Under the pieces are notes generated by a model that was not told the DNA's origin, made no database searches, and saw only the letters and a list, made by a program, of their open reading frames with translations. Made by a program: the position numbers and the translations under genes. Below are positions 1 through 11,997 of a DNA stretch of 64,000 nt, piece after piece. The DNA lies in NCBI GenBank assembly GCA_964252035.1, contig OZ176201.1. One strand, given 5' to 3'. Positions within the stretch are counted from its first letter, which is position 1. Each line of letters starts with the position of its first letter. This DNA comes from Podarcis erhardii. Taxonomy: Eukaryota.

Positions 1-2648
1 AGAATTCCACTGGATACATGTTTTTATTTCATGTGGTTTACTGAATAAACACGGACAAAGTTTCTGTAAAAGTGAAATTTATTTGCCTTAAAAAAATACA
101 TTTAGAAAATAAGCTAATGTAGCTAGTTCCAATATACTATGCAATGCTTCAGTTAATGAAGATTTAATGGCCGTATTTTAAAAATGCTACTTAGTTGTGC
201 AAAACAGTGAGTTAAATATTAATGCAATAGTGGCATAATTGTCGAAGTCCTCTTTTATACATGTTATTCTCAACTTCTGATTTGGAATTCATGTAAGTGA
301 ATATTAAAAATACATCTTCTTAAAAATACAGAGGGTAGTGTATAGCTAAAATTAAAGACTCTAAACAATGGTACAAAATGTCATAGAAAGGCTGTCTTTT
401 TCCTACAACGTGCCTGAAATAAATGAATAAAATGTGGTGGAGTATTGATCATCATTAAATCTTGACCCAGCTGTTGCATTTCTGCTCCTAATGGTAACAT
501 ACCACAATATACTGGTACATGTTAGAATTGGTATAACATTCTTGGAAGGTTCCTCCAAGTCCTATTTCATAAGAGTTATCAAACTCCTATGTTCTTGTGT
601 TCAAAAAAAGGTTATGCATCTAGCAAGAATAATTTATTACAATGAGAAATGGCTCATTATGCATATATTTATAGTATATACATTAACCCTCTTCAGGTAT
701 TCTATTTCTCTGTAAAAGTAAGTGGAGTGGAAAGAAATGCACTAAATGTGTACTACCCAGAAGCTAGGAGCCTCCTGTACTTGTGAAAGGTCTCAAGATT
801 TTTGAACCCCCAATTTAAAATCACACAGGAAGCATCCACAAACCCAGAAGGGCTCCCAGCTTCAGAAGTTTGTTCTCCAGCTCATGGAGGTTGAACTTAG
901 CATACTTGTCCACACTTGTCTGTTGCTTTTACCTGTGGACAGAATACTTGAAGGTTATTATAGCGGGGAATCACAAAAGGCTTCCCTAGAGAAACAGGAG
1001 ATTAAAATCAGCCTCTTCTTACATAACCACATTCTTTGAAGGCAGTTAAAATTAAGTATTATGACATGATAGCAAAGCCCCTAATGCACTTAACAAAATT
1101 GGGACGGACATTGATTTGATGCAAGTTAGTATTCCTGTTGCTATTTAACTGACATACTTTGGTGTAAACGATCATCACCCCAACCCACCAAGGGCAATCC
1201 ACACACACAAAGCGGTTTTTGCACATGATCAGCCCCATGTGTGCATAATGGTGCTGGAAAAGATAAATTCCTAACATGAGGCCGGGGAGGTGAGGTAGCT
1301 CTCTCTAACCACCACCATACAAAGAAGGCTGCAGCTGTCCTCAAGGCACTCTTATCTCCCCATTTGTGCCTGGGAAGGAAATAAGAGGCATTTAGTTCAG
1401 CAGCCTGGTCTATGTGCAACAAACTCTGCAACACATTCAATGTGTATTTTCTGGAATGGCCATTAGGCAAAGTTTCTGTTAATCAACCTTTGCCATTTTA
1501 ATCTTTGTGCAGCAATTTAAAATTTAGACTTATGCTAGGAAGCTTAAGACTTTAGACAAGAAGCACCCACTTAATTTTAATTATGTTTTCTTTTTTAAGG
1601 GGGGCACCACTAGTTTTATATTCTAGAAACAGATCTGTGACCTGATAGGTAGTAAATTCACTATTACACACTGTAATCTCAAGTCATTTGATTCAGATGT
1701 CTCAGAGCTGATGTGAGAGGGAGGAAAATCACAAGTCTGTGTGCTCCTCTTCCCTGGGCTTCCATGTTCCTTTCCATAGTTTAAAATAAGCTTGAGCTGC
1801 TGTAATATCTGAACTGCATAGACTATGGTTACCTCTAATCACACTGCCTCAGAACTAAGAATGAATCGGGTTTCAGTCCTGGGTGGGGACACAATCGAAG
1901 TGGATTAAAAAAGCAATGTTTAGTTTCAGTTTTGTTGTTTAAAAAGCTCAATTCCCCACCTGTTTTTTCAAATGTGAAATTCAGTTTTAAAAATGTAAAT
2001 ATGAAGTCTAAAATACCAACTAGGTTAATATTAAATAACCTCAATATAAGCATGTTGGCTCTAAAAGTTACACTGTAAACTGAATATATTCATATACAGT
2101 ACCAGATCCATTGAATTAAAGGAGGCTTTTCCATGTATGAAGAACTAATTGGATAATTTATCAGATATTAATATTTACATTCCACCTACACTTTGCCAAG
2201 TTACTTCTGTAGTATCAGTCATGGGCATTTCAGTTTTGATTGCTACTTTTGTTTGATTCTGTGAGGCTAGGGCTTGGCAAAAGCATAGAGAAGCAGAAAG
2301 GAGCAACGCTGGAGAGAAGAGAAGACAATTGTCCAGTGTTCAGTTTCCTATACTCCCAAACTTAACCTCACAAACTGTCGTCGGTGCCAAGTGCAAGAAA
2401 GAATCTACATGCAAATATTTTAAAAGGTTGAAGAAGGAAAGCACACAAAATATATGTAGTGAGGCAAAAGGCCTGGTTACAAGAATGAAACAGTATAAAT
2501 ACTAATTTAGTTATTAATTAGTAGGGCCCCAGTGGTGAGATTTGCACCATTATTTAGGAAATAATAAGATTTATCCATGAGAATGATTTAAACCAGCCTT
2601 TTTTTCTTGCTGATTTAAACTGGGATTTGCACTGCCTTGATTTAAAAT

Positions 2649-3125
2649 CAGCGGCGTAGCGTGGGTTGTCAGCACCTGGGGCAAGGCAAGTAATTTGCGC
2701 CCCCTAACCTGGGGCAAGGCAAGTAATTTGCGCCCCCTAACCCGGGGCAAGGCAAGTAATTTGCGCCCCTAACCCCTAACCTGCTGCCGCTGTCAGCTTC
2801 TTGCTGCTGCCTGGGCTGGTCGGGTGTGGTTCTCTCCCGTGCTCAGCGCTGCACTGGGCGGCCGCTGCACTGTCCCTCCCCCAGATAGTCCCTCCCTCGC
2901 TCTCTCTCCGCTCCGCAACGCAGCGCAACGCACGCCTGGCACCCTCCCCCTCCACAGTGGGCGGCAACCCGGCAGCTCGTATCGGATTCGCACAGCCAGC
3001 ACTGCAGTGAGAGAGAGAGTGAGTGAGCCAGGTAGGGGCAGAGAGTTGCGAGTGCGAGCGCCCCCCCCCCAAATGTTGCGCCTGGTGTGACTGGCCCCCC
3101 CTGCACCCCCCATGCTACGCCACTG
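2649..3125. mobile_element. Non-autonomous hAT element (477 bp) in the DENND6A 3' region
   Basis: TIRs CAGCGGCGTAGCGTGGG / CCCATGCTACGCCACTG. 8-bp TSD tttaaaat / tttgaaat. Confidence 0.85.
2674..2778. repeat. ~31-bp subterminal tandem repeat x3 (cctggggcaaggcaagtaatttgcgcccctaa)
   Basis: Three near-identical units read directly from the sequence. Confidence 0.9.
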
Positions 3126-3304
3126 TTTGAAATCAATACACCCTGCAAACTATGATAAGCAGTAATCCGAGTTTTCCCAGTTGAAATACTAGAGCAGGCT
3201 TCAATTGTAATTAGGAATGTGTGGAGAAGATACATGGACCTAACAGAAGGAAAATGGAGGAGTGTCCAAGACTACAGGGATGATCCCAATTGTTAAACCA
3301 TTGT

Positions 3305-3520
3305 GAGAGCCAGGGTGGTGTACTAGTGGTTAGTAATGGACTAGGACTGGAAAGATCTGGGGTCAAATGTTCACTCGGCAATGACTCTCACTGACCCTCA
3401 ACCAGTCACTATCTTTCAGCCCAGTCTACTTCAAAAGGTTGCTGTGAGGGTAAAAGGGTGGGGAATCGTATACAGTGCCTTGAGCTCATTGAAGGAAAGG
3501 CAGGATATAAATTGAATAAA
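3305..3520 (+). mobile_element. Old MIR/CORE-like SINE
   Basis: gagagccagggtggtgta...gtggttag head, CORE-like middle (gttgctgtgagggtaaa) and aataaa tail. Confidence 0.55.
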
Positions 3521-4003
3521 TGAATTCGGGTTTGGCCATCAGCTCTGTAATAACTGAACTGAATTATAATATTTAGTAGACTAGCATTTGAGATCTTAAG
3601 AGGAAGTAAAAATATCAAGACGAAGTACTCACTGGACAGCTACTAGCTATTCCATTAAGTGTGATAGTAATTGAAACCAACAGGAATATTGCTTCCCCTG
3701 AGTTTAATACAACTGGGCAGATCAGCACCCATTTAAGAAGCTCTGCAGTGTCTGCACTGCATTGTGGAAGTTTAAGATGCATGCAGATGTTCAGTAAGAG
3801 CACTTAATTTTAAACGTATGCAAAATAATAATAATAATAAATCAGTTCCTTCCATATTCAAGTTGAACCTAAGGGGCTGCTTAAAATAATGTTTTAAGTA
3901 TTAACACAGTCTATACTTTGCATGTCCACTGTTCTTTGCAAGTGCCTTTACAACCTTTCAAATGTGCAATGTGGTACATATGGCTGCAGAAAAGTCCAGT
4001 TAG

Positions 4004-4129
4004 TCACGTTGAGCCCGTTTTGATGAGTATACCCTGTAAATCTTCTGGCAGTGCAAGAATAATTGAATCAATGTGCCTCTGTAACTTTTCCACAGTGCCT
4101 GGTTTCACAGGTAAGTTTTCTCCATCAGC
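4004..4129 (-). CDS. DENND6A: DENND6A exon 20, terminal coding exon ([41 protein letters not shown])
   Basis: ttatag|GCT acceptor and TGA at 4006-4004. [17 protein letters not shown] matches the recalled C-terminus. The summed CDS is 1779 nt, a multiple of 3. Confidence 0.92.
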   Translation of the reverse strand, partial: ADGENLPVKPGTVEKLQRHIDSIILALPEDLQGILIKTGST

Positions 4130-4424
4130 CTATAACCACAGAAATTGCAATTAAAAACCCATGGTCATCTTAAAAGAATCCATAAGAAGTCAGCATCAGG
4201 AAAGTACACACATTGGCGAAATATTAGTGCAAGCATCCAAAAAGAGACACAAAGTGGTTCATGTGTAATTGAGACTAAAAGGGCCTCAGTACATTCAGGA
4301 TTCATGCAAGCTGAGCTCACTGTAGCTGGAACCTTCTCTTGGGGCATACCCTTGGCTGCCACCTGTTGATTTTGCTTTTTGTTTACAGATAAGCTTTCAA
4401 CACTCTTCCGGTTTTTAAGGGAGA

Positions 4425-4590
4425 ATTTGCATACAGAAGGTCACAGGTTCAATCCCTGGCATGTCCAGGTAGGTCTAGGGAAAGATTCCTCTGAAATGCT
4501 GCAGAGACACAGCTGGTCAGTGTGCACAATATTGAGCTAGACAGACCAATGGTCCGACTTGACATAAGGAAACTTCCTATGTTCTTATTT
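4425..4590 (+). mobile_element. tRNA-derived SINE fragment (Squam-type)
   Basis: B-box-like ggttcaatccctgg, and gaccaatggtccgact...aaggaaacttcctatgttc 3' end. Confidence 0.55.
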
Positions 4591-5198
4591 AAAATTAAGC
4601 TTTGGTTGAAGTGGTCTCTCACACTGAACAGAAGTGATAACAGATTTAAATAAAATTTAATGGAAAACACAACTACAAAGTATTCTCTAATAATGTTTGT
4701 AAATGCAGTTCTCTTCAGTAACTACACGCGACCACCAGAAGGATTTACTATCAAGAAAGCATATTCTGCAAGTAACTTTCTTCAATCTCAAGTAAAGCTG
4801 CAGGTAGGGAAATGTTGGAAGTACAGTAGTGATGTACCTTTATAATGCAAGCTAACAAAGGAATGGCTACCTAGATCTGCTGGAAAGCAACAAGTGTGCC
4901 CATGGAGAAAATGCAAGTAAGCCGCCTCAAGAAGGGGGGCTCAAGTAGACATATGACAAAGCCAGCAATAAAAAGGGAGTAACAGTGCTAAATAAGAGAG
5001 AGAATGAACCTAGGATATGGACTATTGCAACCCACATCCTTCCAGTCTAGCCAAGAAAGCTTATCGATGCTCAACCTGCTACCTCCCACCCTTTTCTGGT
5101 CAGGAGTGGAAAGCATGCACAGAAAATGATAGCTGTGTGCTGGATTTCCCTAGAATCACTTTGGCTGCTGTGCAGGTTTTCTTCTGATAACAAACAAA

Positions 5199-5985
5199 CA
5201 AGATGAATTTTAACAGGGAGAAATGTAAAGTATTGCACTTGGGCAAAAAAAATGAGAGGCACAAATACAAGATGGGTGACACCTGGCTTGAGAGCAGTAC
5301 ATGTGAAAAGGATCTAGGAGTCTTGGTTGACCACAAACTTGACATGAGCCAACAGTGTGACGCGGCAGCTAAAAAAGCCAATGCAATTCTGGGCTGCATC
5401 AATAGGAGTATAGCATCTAGATCAAGGGAAGTAATAGTGCCACTGTATTCTGCTCTGGTCAGACCTCACCTGGAGTACTGTGTCCAGTTCTGGGCACCAC
5501 AGTTCAAGAAGGACACTGAGAAACTGGAACGTGTCCAGAGGAGGGCAACCAAAATGGTCAAAGGCCTGGAAACGATGCCTTATGAAGAACGGCTAAAGGA
5601 GCTGGGCATGTTTAGCCTGGAGAAGAGGAGGTTAAGGGGTGATATGATAGCCATGTTCAAATATATAAAAGGATGTCACATAGAGGAGGGAGAAAGGTTG
5701 TTTTCTGCTGCTCCAGAGAAGCGGACACGGAGCAATGGTTCCAAACTACAAGAAAAAAGATTCCACCTAAACATTAGGAGGAACTTCCTGACAGTGAGAG
5801 CTGTTCGACAGTGGAATTTGCTGCCAAGGAGTGTGGTGGAGTCTCCTTCTTTGGAGGTCTTTAAGCAGAGGCTTGACAACCATATGTCAGGAGTGCTCTG
5901 ATGGTGTTTCCTGCTTGGCAGGGGGTTGGACTCGATGGCCCTTGTGGTCTCTTCCAACTCTATGATTCTATGATTCTATGATTCT
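5199..5985 (+). mobile_element. Young 5'-truncated CR1 LINE (ORF2 RT C-terminus, 3' UTR, ATTCTATG tail)
   Basis: 232-aa open frame (CKVLHLG...[13 protein letters not shown]...RRLRGDMI...) ends in TGA at 5901 and is followed by the tail tatgattctatgattctatgattct. Confidence 0.96.
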
Positions 5986-6514
5986 AAGAAGGGGAAGAAC
6001 ATTCACGTTAAATGTTTTCTGACAGAGGGGGTTGTAGTATCTTAATTATGAGCTATTTCCATTGCCCAATTAAGACAGAAGTCAAGTAAGACTAGCTCTT
6101 CCCATAGGACTGAGAATCTGCTCTAGAGGTCTCCTGAGTATCCTTGTGATTAAAGATGAAGAGTTATGATGGGCCTTTAGAGAGGCTTGATAATCATGCT
6201 CTGTAGCTTTGTCCTTTCTCCTAGAGAAGCCAAATAATGGAGCTTCTTTAAAATCACTACTCTTCCCCCTAATAATAGTACTCAGAAAATGAGGTGATTG
6301 AGCATTCCAGCAGGTCTTGGGGACAGGTCCAGTATGACAAGTACAAGCTAAGCAATGAGTCTGTGGGGGAGATGGAAACCTCTCATTAGTGAATTCAAGC
6401 TCTGATGGAGTAGATGATACTTGACTAGACTAGTAAGAATGAAACATAACACAAAGTACTGATAATGGACGAATAGTACATTGAATACATTTACCCACCA
6501 ATTTGTCTACCTAC

Positions 6515-6589
6515 CACTTTATCCTTTAATTTCAAAACTAAATCCACTGTTTCCACTTCAGTATGCTTCTGACTCCAGAAAAGCAAATC
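6515..6589 (-). CDS. DENND6A: DENND6A exon 19 (75 nt, [25 protein letters not shown])
   Basis: acag| acceptor. GTG|gtaggt is the only donor that keeps the frame into the last exon. Confidence 0.9.
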
Positions 6590-7214
6590 CTGTCAGAAGA
6601 ATATGTTAAAAAATCAGATTCAGTTAATTTCTTTACAATGACAGCACGGGGGAATTTATTATTATTATTATTGGAGCTTTAGGAAATGTCTTAATTGCCC
6701 ACTTTATTGAGTGGTAGCCCCTGTACCAAAGACAGTGCTGATCTCCCAGGGGTCCCTTGACTTTGGAGAGAGAATTTCAGAGGGCACAAAGAACTCAAGT
6801 TAGAAGACAGCAGCTGAAAAGACCCAATGTACATAAGGGAGAATATGCATAGCCCTTTGGATCCCAGCCATTAACAAATGCTCCTCCAATCAGGGCTTAT
6901 CCACACTTCCTCTCGTTCCACTACTTTCCCCCAGGGGAAGCTGCTCCTTAGTGCTCCATCGGAGCAAACGGGTATTTGGGTCTTCTCCAGCTTGCTGTTT
7001 GCTCATAATTTAGAGCTAAATAGTAGGTTTTCCCTGGGGAAGGAGTAGGACAAGGGGAAAACTGCTTGGGGCCCATGCTTTCTAGGCACAGGGCAAATGA
7101 AAAGTGTGGAAATGCCCTCACTGGCCATACCATTTAAATTGGACAAATTATGCTTTTTATTTCTACAGAGAAGACAAGGAAGAAAAAGCTTAAAGCAAAG
7201 CAGTTTTTCCTGAC

Positions 7215-7317
7215 CTCATTACATAGTGCTTCTAAGTGCAATGCCTCCAGCTTCTGTGTCATTTCTTTCCGCCGGGTCCTGAACCAACCGTCAAAGTTGT
7301 AAGATTTCAAAAAATGC
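7215..7317 (-). CDS. DENND6A: DENND6A exon 18 (103 nt, [34 protein letters not shown])
   Basis: aaag| acceptor and GAG|gtcagg donor. NFDGWF and [10 protein letters not shown] motifs present. Confidence 0.95.
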
Positions 7318-7414
7318 CTTTAAGACAAAGGGGAAATTAGTTCTACTAGTGGAACAAGGTGAGACTTCAAAATCAAAGTTACAAAGTTGCTCCGCCAAGC
7401 ATATGGCTATCGAG

Positions 7415-8020
7415 GTTGACATGAGGTACTTTGGCTTTCAAAAAGCTTTTGACACGGTATCTCACTAAAGACTCCTGAGTGAGGTTAACAGTTATGGAAT
7501 AAGAGGAGTGGTTCACTTATGGATCAGGTGTCGGTGAAGTAGGCAGCAGAGAGTAGGTTTAAATGGACAGTTCTCTGAATGGGGGAGTGTTATTGGGTTG
7601 TTGTTTTTATTCTGATTTATATGCTGTTATTTTTTCTGTGAACCGCTGTGAAACCTCCGGGTATAGGGTGATATATAAACTCAATAAATAATAATAATGT
7701 AGAAAGTGGAGTCCCCAAAAGGACCTCTCCAAATTGAGTGAATTGGGTAGTAGAATGACAAATGTAACACAATGTAAACAAGTGTAAAATGATGCACAGC
7801 GCTACAAAATTTTTTCCCACATACTGTATATGCTCAGGGGTTCCAAAATGGTGGTGATTTATCAGCAACAACACCTTGGGGTTGACCCAGCAGTTGGAAA
7901 AAAAAGATTAAATCCATGCTATATCATGCATATATCACTATCATAATGCCATTATACAAATCTATAGTGCAACCACACTTGGAGTACTGTATACTATTCT
8001 TCTTGCTTCATCTCAAAAAG
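7415..8020 (+). mobile_element. Old degraded CR1 RT fragment interrupted by a LINE 3' tail (~7590-7698)
   Basis: ttttcaaaaagcttttgacacggtatctcac encodes a (D)FQKAFD.V.H-like RT motif. Further on, ccacacttggagtactgt encodes PHLEYC. Confidence 0.65.
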
Positions 8021-8394
8021 GTTTGTTTATTATTTCATTTATAAACTTCTTCCCACAAAACAAGCAATTTAAAAACAAACAATACATAAGGCTTTGTACA
8101 TCAGTACTAACACTTTGAACTTAGCCTGGTAGCCAACTGTTGATCAATTAGTCAAGAAAGTCCACAACTGATATATAAGACTCTATTAATGTGAAAAACA
8201 AGTTAAACATATTTATAAATTTCTGTAAGAGAAAAGGGGCAACAACCATAACATTATTTTACAAAGCAGTTCGGTTAGCATTAGAGGCAAGGGTTTTTTT
8301 TTTTTTTTGCTGCTTCCAAAATATTTTTAACATGAAATTTGGATGTCTCTCAGGCTGTAATCTTAGCAATAGTCAAGGTATAAAACAGCATTAC

Positions 8395-8504
8395 CTGTAG
8401 AGTCCTATCCAGTCTCCTTTTAATCTAGAGGTGAGCTGAGGCCCTGCTTTCTCAAGAGTTTTCATAAATTCCTCTTGGTTGAATGGCTTCAACTGTGGCG
8501 GGCT
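8395..8504 (-). CDS. DENND6A: DENND6A exon 17 (110 nt, [37 protein letters not shown])
   Basis: atag| acceptor and AG|gtaatg donor. Confidence 0.95.
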
Positions 8505-8585
8505 CTATGATAGAAACACAGCTATAAGCACAGAAGCTGGCAGCTATTCACAAAATGAATATTTAGGTTATCAATGTATTTTCAC

Positions 8586-8639
8586 CTTCCAAGGTGATAT
8601 GCTCTTTTGCAGAGGCATCAGGCTTGCTACGTATCGTTC
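8586..8639 (-). CDS. DENND6A: DENND6A exon 16 (54 nt, ERYVASLMPLQKSISPWK)
   Basis: ctag| acceptor and AAG|gtgaaa donor. Identical to the recalled mammalian peptide. Confidence 0.96.
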
Positions 8640-8871
8640 CTAGAACAACAAACAGATGCAAAAATAATGATGTTGAATCTCTGCGTTTGGCAAATCCATA
8701 TTATTACATTTCTTAAGCATTTTCTGACGGCCGTTCAAAAGCTGGCCTCAGAACCCACTGTGACTACTCTTCAGATTAATAACTTTATTTTAGCTTCTTA
8801 AAGGTTTAGATTACAAAGCTTTGGTTATGTTCACTGTTCAGTATAGAAGTGTCATAGACATAGCAGCTTAC

Positions 8872-8961
8872 TAGAGGAATAATGAAGCTCTGGGTCAGTT
8901 CCAAAAAATAACGCCGAAGGATTATGCTTTGAGCTTCTCCGGGACGCTTCTGCTGTACTCC
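8872..8961 (-). CDS. DENND6A: DENND6A exon 15 (90 nt, [30 protein letters not shown])
   Basis: tttag| acceptor and |gtaagc donor. dDENN motif [16 protein letters not shown]. Confidence 0.96.
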
Positions 8962-9097
8962 CTAAAAAAGGCAATCACAGTAAACGAGAAGAACCACAAG
9001 CTATAGCAATACACTGTTGATAAGGCTATCTAATATTTAACAGACTTTATACTATGAGTACATTCATATAGTAGTTCAACTACAAGTCTGAAATTAC

Positions 9098-9162
9098 CTT
9101 TTGTAACTGCTTGATGATTTCTTCATCTCTGTTCAAGTATGACTTATAAGATGTATAAACAC
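9098..9162 (-). CDS. DENND6A: DENND6A exon 14 (65 nt, [22 protein letters not shown])
   Basis: atag| acceptor and AAG|gtaatt donor. A 94-nt intron separates it from exon 13. Confidence 0.95.
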
Positions 9163-9256
9163 CTATGGGGGGAAAAACAACCACCATGGGATTGTCCTCT
9201 GGTTGTGGCCCGTAACAATATTCTGCAAATAGTAGGTTATAGTGATGAAACATTAC

Positions 9257-9322
9257 CAGGCTTAGAATCCAAAGTCTTTAAGTTCTTTAGCTTTTTCACT
9301 TTCACCTGCTTTGGTACTTCAC
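9257..9322 (-). CDS. DENND6A: DENND6A exon 13 (66 nt, [23 protein letters not shown])
   Basis: gcag| acceptor and G|gtaatg donor, phase 1/1. Confidence 0.95.
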
Positions 9323-9859
9323 CTGCCAAAACGAAGAAAGAGACACTGTGAGTATAATCACTCAGATACTAAGATCTGAAGAGCCCTGGGCATGCTCATC
9401 CAAGAGGTTCTTGCACATCTTTTGGTGTAACCATGTAAAACCTAAGTTTAATACAATTTTGTAAATGGCCAAGCTTACAAAATATTTTCATAGATGAAAA
9501 CATAAATATTCAGCTTGATGCAGAGTTTTGTTGGTTTAAATGTACACTTCATCACATTTCAAAGAAGTTGGAAATACATTATAAAAGATATTACTTTGCA
9601 TATTTTTTCCTATCACTACTTATACCTATTCCAGTTCAGTTTTTGCAAAGTCTAATCTATAAAGTGACTTGAGTCAACTGAATAGGCAAAACCAGCCTAT
9701 AAATTTTCATTAAATCGAAACCACCTCTCTACTCCTTAACAATAATGCCCCTATTATTTCATATTTTGTTCACATTTAACTAAGCTAAAGGAGGAAAGAC
9801 AGTAACTTGTAATACTCTGTACACTGCAGAAGAAATCTTCAGTCAATTAAAAAAATTAC

Positions 9860-9954
9860 CTGACAGTTTAATATCTCCTATTCGGATGATGTGTGGCCAG
9901 TGTTGCAGTGTTTTAGCAAAAAATGGATTCGTCACTCCCAATATGACAGAAGGC
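9860..9954 (-). CDS. DENND6A: DENND6A exon 12 (95 nt, [32 protein letters not shown])
   Basis: tcag| acceptor and G|gtaatt donor. [12 protein letters not shown]-core motif. Confidence 0.96.
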
Positions 9955-10906
9955 CTGAAATATGGAAGATTATCAATAAGATCAATAACCTCTGCATAGA
10001 TTTAAAGTAACCACATTCCAGAGAAGCAGTCTGGATAGTCTGTTGTAGAAAACACCAATAGTAGCCTTGTGATGAACTAAAGACTAAGGCTTGGATCTAC
10101 AGTAGCCTTTCCATGAAGAGGAAAGCTCCTTTCATTGGTGCAAGGGGAAAGAGGAAGGACTAATTAATTAATTTTCATTAATTTCAATAGGTCTACTCTG
10201 CATAAAACTAGTTGAATGTCACCCATACATAGGAATTCTGGTACACCATATAGGATCTTTTTTTTTTAAGCAGGTCCCTAACTGCAAATTTATTTATTTT
10301 AAATAATATATAATCATTTGACAATTATTAACAGTAATCAACAAAGCTGCTCAAGAGGAAAAAAACCCTTTAGGTCCACAATATTCTACAAGAAAATATG
10401 ACATAATGTAAAATTACAATGCTTCTTTTAAAAAAGACAAAACATACTTGAATCTGTTTTTATGGGAGGCCATTACTTTCTTGACAATATTGTGTTAAGG
10501 GGCAACCTGTTTTCCCAGAATTTATTTCTAGAGTCCCTTGCAATTCACACTCTTGGGTGTTATTTTTCATATTATTGCCATATAGGATCTTACTGGATTT
10601 AAGAAATGTTTATTCTGATTAGGAGGATGTCTTGACAGTCCTGTAATCAGAATTTGTATTAGTACAAGTTGAAACTCTATATACTGGAATATATCAAAAC
10701 ATCAGCTGCTTTCTATTTTCCATCTCTCAACACGAGACTCCATTAAAACAGTTGACTGTGGCCTGCACTGTTAGAAAACTGAAGGGCAGGGCTTTTGTTA
10801 AAGCTTCCTAGGCTGAGGTCCCTAGTCTACACGGATCCTTTAAAGTCAAGAGTTATGATTAAATGATGAGTCTAAATATCAAAACTGTATAATCCATTTT
10901 ACTTAC

Positions 10907-11002
10907 GGGGTCTGAGTACGAGTGGTATATTCTTTGAATTCACTGTCATGTATTGTAAAATAAGGCCTAAAATCACTATAGTACTTCAGAGGTGAGATAC
11001 AG
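10907..11002 (-). CDS. DENND6A: DENND6A exon 11 (96 nt, [32 protein letters not shown])
   Basis: acag| acceptor and |gtaagt donor. [13 protein letters not shown] motif present. Confidence 0.96.
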
Positions 11003-11321
11003 CTGTGAAACAAACACACAGAAGAAAAGTGTGCGAATGGAGAGAGAGACATTATTATAAATTTACTCTATAGATTATCAATTGGAGACAGGGTCTTTTC
11101 CATGATTTTGGAACATCCCCTACCCAGAGATGTCAGCTTGGTGTTGACATTATCCATTAGATGAAAAAAAGAAACTCTCTTGGGTTCTTACAGATAAATT
11201 TTGCTACATTGTTGCTATTTTACTACTGTCTTTGAAAATACATGCTACTGAACTGTTACCCTTATCCTAATAGAGAACATTTTTTTCCAAATGTGGATCC
11301 TTATGTGGCCAAAACAGCATA

Positions 11322-11560
11322 CAGTGGTACCTTGGGTTAAGAACTTAATTCATTCTGGAGGTCTGTTCTTAACCTGAAGCTATTCTTAACCTGAAGCACC
11401 ACTTTAACTTATGGGGCCTCTCACTGCTGCCGCGCCACTGGGCGATTTCTGTTCTCATCCTGAAGCAAAGTTCTTAACCCGAGGTAATATTTCTGGGTTA
11501 GTGAAGTCTGTAACCTGAAGCATATGTAACCTGAAGCGTATGTAACCCGAGGTACCACTG
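11322..11560. mobile_element. Tc1/mariner (Tigger-like) MITE
   Basis: TA-flanked TIRs CAGTGGTACCT...AGGTACCACTG. Six related copies occur in this window. Confidence 0.9.
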
Positions 11561-11769
11561 TACTAGTTAGAAGTATCAGCAGACTAAATGAGTGCTGGGG
11601 GAGGGATGAATGAAGTGTCAAAGAAGAAAGCACAGCTGGTTCGCTGAAACCCTGAACAGGAACTCTCCACCCTAAAACATTTTGTCCCGAGTCCCACTTG
11701 CTATTAATTTAATTCTATTTTCGAAGTGTTTGTAAGCTGCTTCGAACACCTCGCTTATTTTCAATAATA

Positions 11770-11997
11770 CAGTGGTACCTCTGGTTACGAACTTAATTCG
11801 TTCCGGAGGTCTGTTCTTAACCCAAAACCGTTCTTAACCTGAGGTGTGCTTTCGCTAATGGGGTCTCCCTCTGGTGCACGATTTCTGCTCACATCCTGGG
11901 GCAAAGTTCGCATCCAGGAGCAGCTACTTCCGGGTTAGCGGAGTTCATAACCTGAACCGTGTGTAACCAGAAGCATGCGTAACCAGAGGTACCACTG
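11770..11997. mobile_element. Tigger-like MITE, variant subfamily
   Basis: TA TSD. TIRs cagtggtacctctggttacg / cgtaaccagaggtaccactg. Confidence 0.9.

Larger units (their letters stand above)
23..4003 (-). other. DENND6A: Probable DENND6A 3' UTR with candidate AATAAA signals at 638-633, 83-78 and 28-23
   Basis: AT-rich sequence downstream of the stop. By eye, the first canonical minus-strand AATAAA is about 3.37 kb past the stop. The cleavage site is not known. Confidence 0.5.
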
